DNA of 64,000 nucleotides from an uncultured Rickettsiales bacterium (GTDB lineage Bacteria; Pseudomonadota; Alphaproteobacteria; Micavibrionales; GCA-2720935): NCBI GenBank assembly GCA_950054255.1, contig CATLOR010000002.1, positions 264,325 to 328,324 of the forward strand, read 5' to 3'. Shown piece by piece: positions 61,840 to 64,000 of this stretch (position 1 is its first letter; each line of letters starts with the position of its first letter). The notes under the pieces were generated by a model. It saw only the letters and a program-made list of their open reading frames with translations, ran no database searches and was not told where the DNA came from. The position numbers and the translations under genes were made by a program.

Positions 61840-63135
61840 TTAAGGGCGAAGTGTGCGACGTTTTGACTTCAAGAACTTCTCCCATTCTTGTCTGTAATCT
61901 GAATCAAAATCATCAATCTCTGTTTCAGCATCATTAAATCCAACCCAATCTTCTGCGTTACGATTCAATCCTGAATATAAAGCAGCTTTATTAAAAAGCT
62001 CACTTCTGTAACTAACAACATCTTGCTCTTTTTGCTCACCATCATCAGAAAACTCATTAAATAAAACAGAAAAGTCATGCTTTTGTTTTAGAAAGCGCAT
62101 CCCCGCCTTTACAACTTTTTTACGCATTAAAGGGCGTTTCTCCATATCAGAAAGCATCGCCTTATAATCACTCTTCTCATCGGCTTTTAGATACCTGATA
62201 TCAATTAAAGCCTCTTGCGGGATATCGCTAATTTTAACGGTTTTAAAACTACCCTTTCCTTGGCGCATTTCCTGAGCCAAAGCTTTTTGAGATTTGCGAC
62301 TATCTCCTTTTGCGAAACGGTCTTGTAGAGAAGATAACAAAGCATACTCCTCGCCCTCATACATAAATGTTTCTACAACATAAAAGGGTTGAGGTGTTTC
62401 ATCCTTACGCTCCATAGCTTGAACCAAAACACCTGGACGTACATCTTTCGAGCTACTTTTAACTTCAGGAAAAGAAAGATCCATCGGGTTTAAACCAAAC
62501 TCTTTAATTAATTCCTCATAATATTGGCTTGCATGCCTCAAGGTTTCAATACTCCCGTGAAATGCTGGTAAGATCATATCACCAGGCATATCTTTTTGCA
62601 GATGAAAAGGCAAATAAGGGCGTGGCAATAACGCATTCTCAATCGCTAATATATCAGTTGCATACCCATCATCATTTGCAGGCCATCGCTCAAGGCCAAT
62701 AATTCTTTTTGCTAACGCCTGAACATCAAGCATAAACAATTTTTTCTTACCTGGCTCATCAAACAAAACGCCATAAGCACTATCCCCACTCAGCGCCATC
62801 GGAAGAAACTTATGATCTTCTGAATCCAATCCCCGCGCTGGGACAAAACGGATCGTCCCTCTTCTTTTTTCAATTTGATGATCAAACCATGTTTGAATTT
62901 CTTCCTTAAAAGACTCCAAAGATTGTTCAGCTTTTGAAACATCATTAATATTCACATAGCTCTCATCCAAATGAGAAGGAGATGGAATAATACGATCATC
63001 AAGAGCGCAGATTAAATCAATCTCATCCATAACATTCATTTTATCACTTAAAACAACCGCGCGGAAACGAACCGCTTGAGTTTGTTTGGTAACAACTTCT
63101 TGTGATAAGTCACATCTATAAACAATATATGGCAT
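61840..63135 (-). CDS. Degenerate exonuclease I (SbcB)-like protein, probably catalytically impaired
   Basis: By-eye match to the ExoI N-terminal DEDDh domain (FRAVVLSDKMNVMDE...IIPSP; LDV...WPANDDG versus E. coli WPENDDG), with substitutions in the Exo I and Exo III motifs. Confidence 0.6.
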   Translation of the reverse strand: MPYIVYRCDLSQEVVTKQTQAVRFRAVVLSDKMNVMDEIDLICALDDRIIPSPSHLDESYVNINDVSKAEQSLESFKEEIQTWFDHQIEKRRGTIRFVPARGLDSEDHKFLPMALSGDSAYGVLFDEPGKKKLFMLDVQALAKRIIGLERWPANDDGYATDILAIENALLPRPYLPFHLQKDMPGDMILPAFHGSIETLRHASQYYEELIKEFGLNPMDLSFPEVKSSSKDVRPGVLVQAMERKDETPQPFYVVETFMYEGEEYALLSSLQDRFAKGDSRKSQKALAQEMRQGKGSFKTVKISDIPQEALIDIRYLKADEKSDYKAMLSDMEKRPLMRKKVVKAGMRFLKQKHDFSVLFNEFSDDGEQKEQDVVSYRSELFNKAALYSGLNRNAEDWVGFNDAETEIDDFDSDYRQEWEKFLKSKRRTLRP

Positions 63136-63148
63136 TCCCCTGTTTTCC

Positions 63149-64000
63149 TTATCTCATCGCGCGCTTAGGCGCTTTTTTCTTACGTTTGCTCTTCTTTTGT
63201 CCAATCGTATCAACTAAGCCTGCATCAAAGATCGCACGTTCAATGCGTTGATCATAATATCGAATCCAAGAATCAATCAGAGGGATAATTTCACGCTTAT
63301 GTGAATAATTATATTTATCCTGTAAGGCTGCTTGCGCATCTCCTGTTGCTGATACAATGTCTTTTCTAATTGTTTCCATACGCATTTTCGCATAAGGCAA
63401 CGTCATTTTATAATCATCTGGGTCAGAAGCTGTTGGGTAATATTTATTCGTTGATAATTGTGCAAGAGCCCGTTTTCTTTTAAATTTTTTCTCCAGAGAA
63501 GACCAAACCGGATCATGTTCAATATGATGACGCGGTGCATTCTCAAGCACAATTAAAATACCAAAATGACAATAACGTTTTAATTTAGGCTCTTCTTCCA
63601 ATTCCTTTTTAAAGCGATTTTTAAAATCCTGAAGCAAATCTTTCTTAGTTTCCCAATCAGAGCGGTGAAAGCGCGTCATCCATTCCTTCATTTGCTTATC
63701 AGGAAACCCTTCATATAACCATTCTTGTGCATAAGGTCTTTCATCATATTCCACATCTAAAGCCATTTTATAAGCCTCATTCAGTTTCTTAATGAAATCT
63801 GGATTTTTCTTCAATTTCTTTGCACGCTCCTGCATGATGTCTTCAATTTCTTTGACATCATTAATGTCTGAAAATTCTGCTTTTTTCTTGAGTTCATCTG
63901 GCACTAAGTGAAGGGGCATCATCATAGGTTGTTCGTTACGGCGACACCATAAAACTGGCGCACTTCCCATTTTATAATTGTTACCTCGTTTTGACTTTGA
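63149..64000 (-). CDS. Exonuclease I (SbcB)-like protein, 5' part outside the window
   Basis: The frame stays open to the window edge. SAPVL...WLYEGFPD...MTRFHRSDWE...LILENAP resembles the ExoI C-terminal region (LYxGF). The catalytic domain is not visible. Confidence 0.62.
   Translation of the reverse strand, partial: SKSKRGNNYKMGSAPVLWCRRNEQPMMMPLHLVPDELKKKAEFSDINDVKEIEDIMQERAKKLKKNPDFIKKLNEAYKMALDVEYDERPYAQEWLYEGFPDKQMKEWMTRFHRSDWETKKDLLQDFKNRFKKELEEEPKLKRYCHFGILIVLENAPRHHIEHDPVWSSLEKKFKRKRALAQLSTNKYYPTASDPDDYKMTLPYAKMRMETIRKDIVSATGDAQAALQDKYNYSHKREIIPLIDSWIRYYDQRIERAIFDAGLVDTIGQKKSKRKKKAPKRAMR

Overview
AT-rich, densely packed alphaproteobacterial core-chromosome segment. The gene order is typical of Alphaproteobacteria; a Rhodospirillales/Micavibrio-like affinity is my inference only. 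It carries the 5' part of the nuo operon, five tRNAs, tig-clpP-(Lon-like)-lon-hupB, glnA, parE, lptD, ppa, mfd-sdhE/recG, gyrA-ssb/uvrA with a perfect alpha-type LexA box, trmFO, sodB, the dgt-SPOR-nagZ-scpAB-tatABC-pcm-nlpD-yajC-secDF run, erpA-xth-ubiE-dut, cysK and mutS. I found no transposase, integrase, prophage, CRISPR array or rRNA. The most unusual signal is three housekeeping genes each sitting next to a strongly diverged paralog. (1) A ~900-aa second LonA-type protease with intact AAA+ and Ser-Lys motifs but an eroded N-domain occupies the slot where clpX normally lies. (2) coaD is followed by a second, diverged coaD. (3) An exonuclease I (SbcB)-like gene is followed by a 431-aa ExoI-like protein that, by eye, has lost catalytic residues. 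These paralogs, plus a YdcF-like orphan, end in Arg/Lys-rich tails, which suggests (inference) repurposed housekeeping enzymes, possibly exported effectors. Three unrelated proteins (trigger factor, DUF502, YajC) share an almost identical KK[AT]PAKKKA[AT][AT]KK tail motif. Several genes expected in conserved clusters are absent from their usual slots (clpX, glnB, argS, serS-surE, ubiB-coaBC). All family assignments come from reading motifs by eye; no database search was run.
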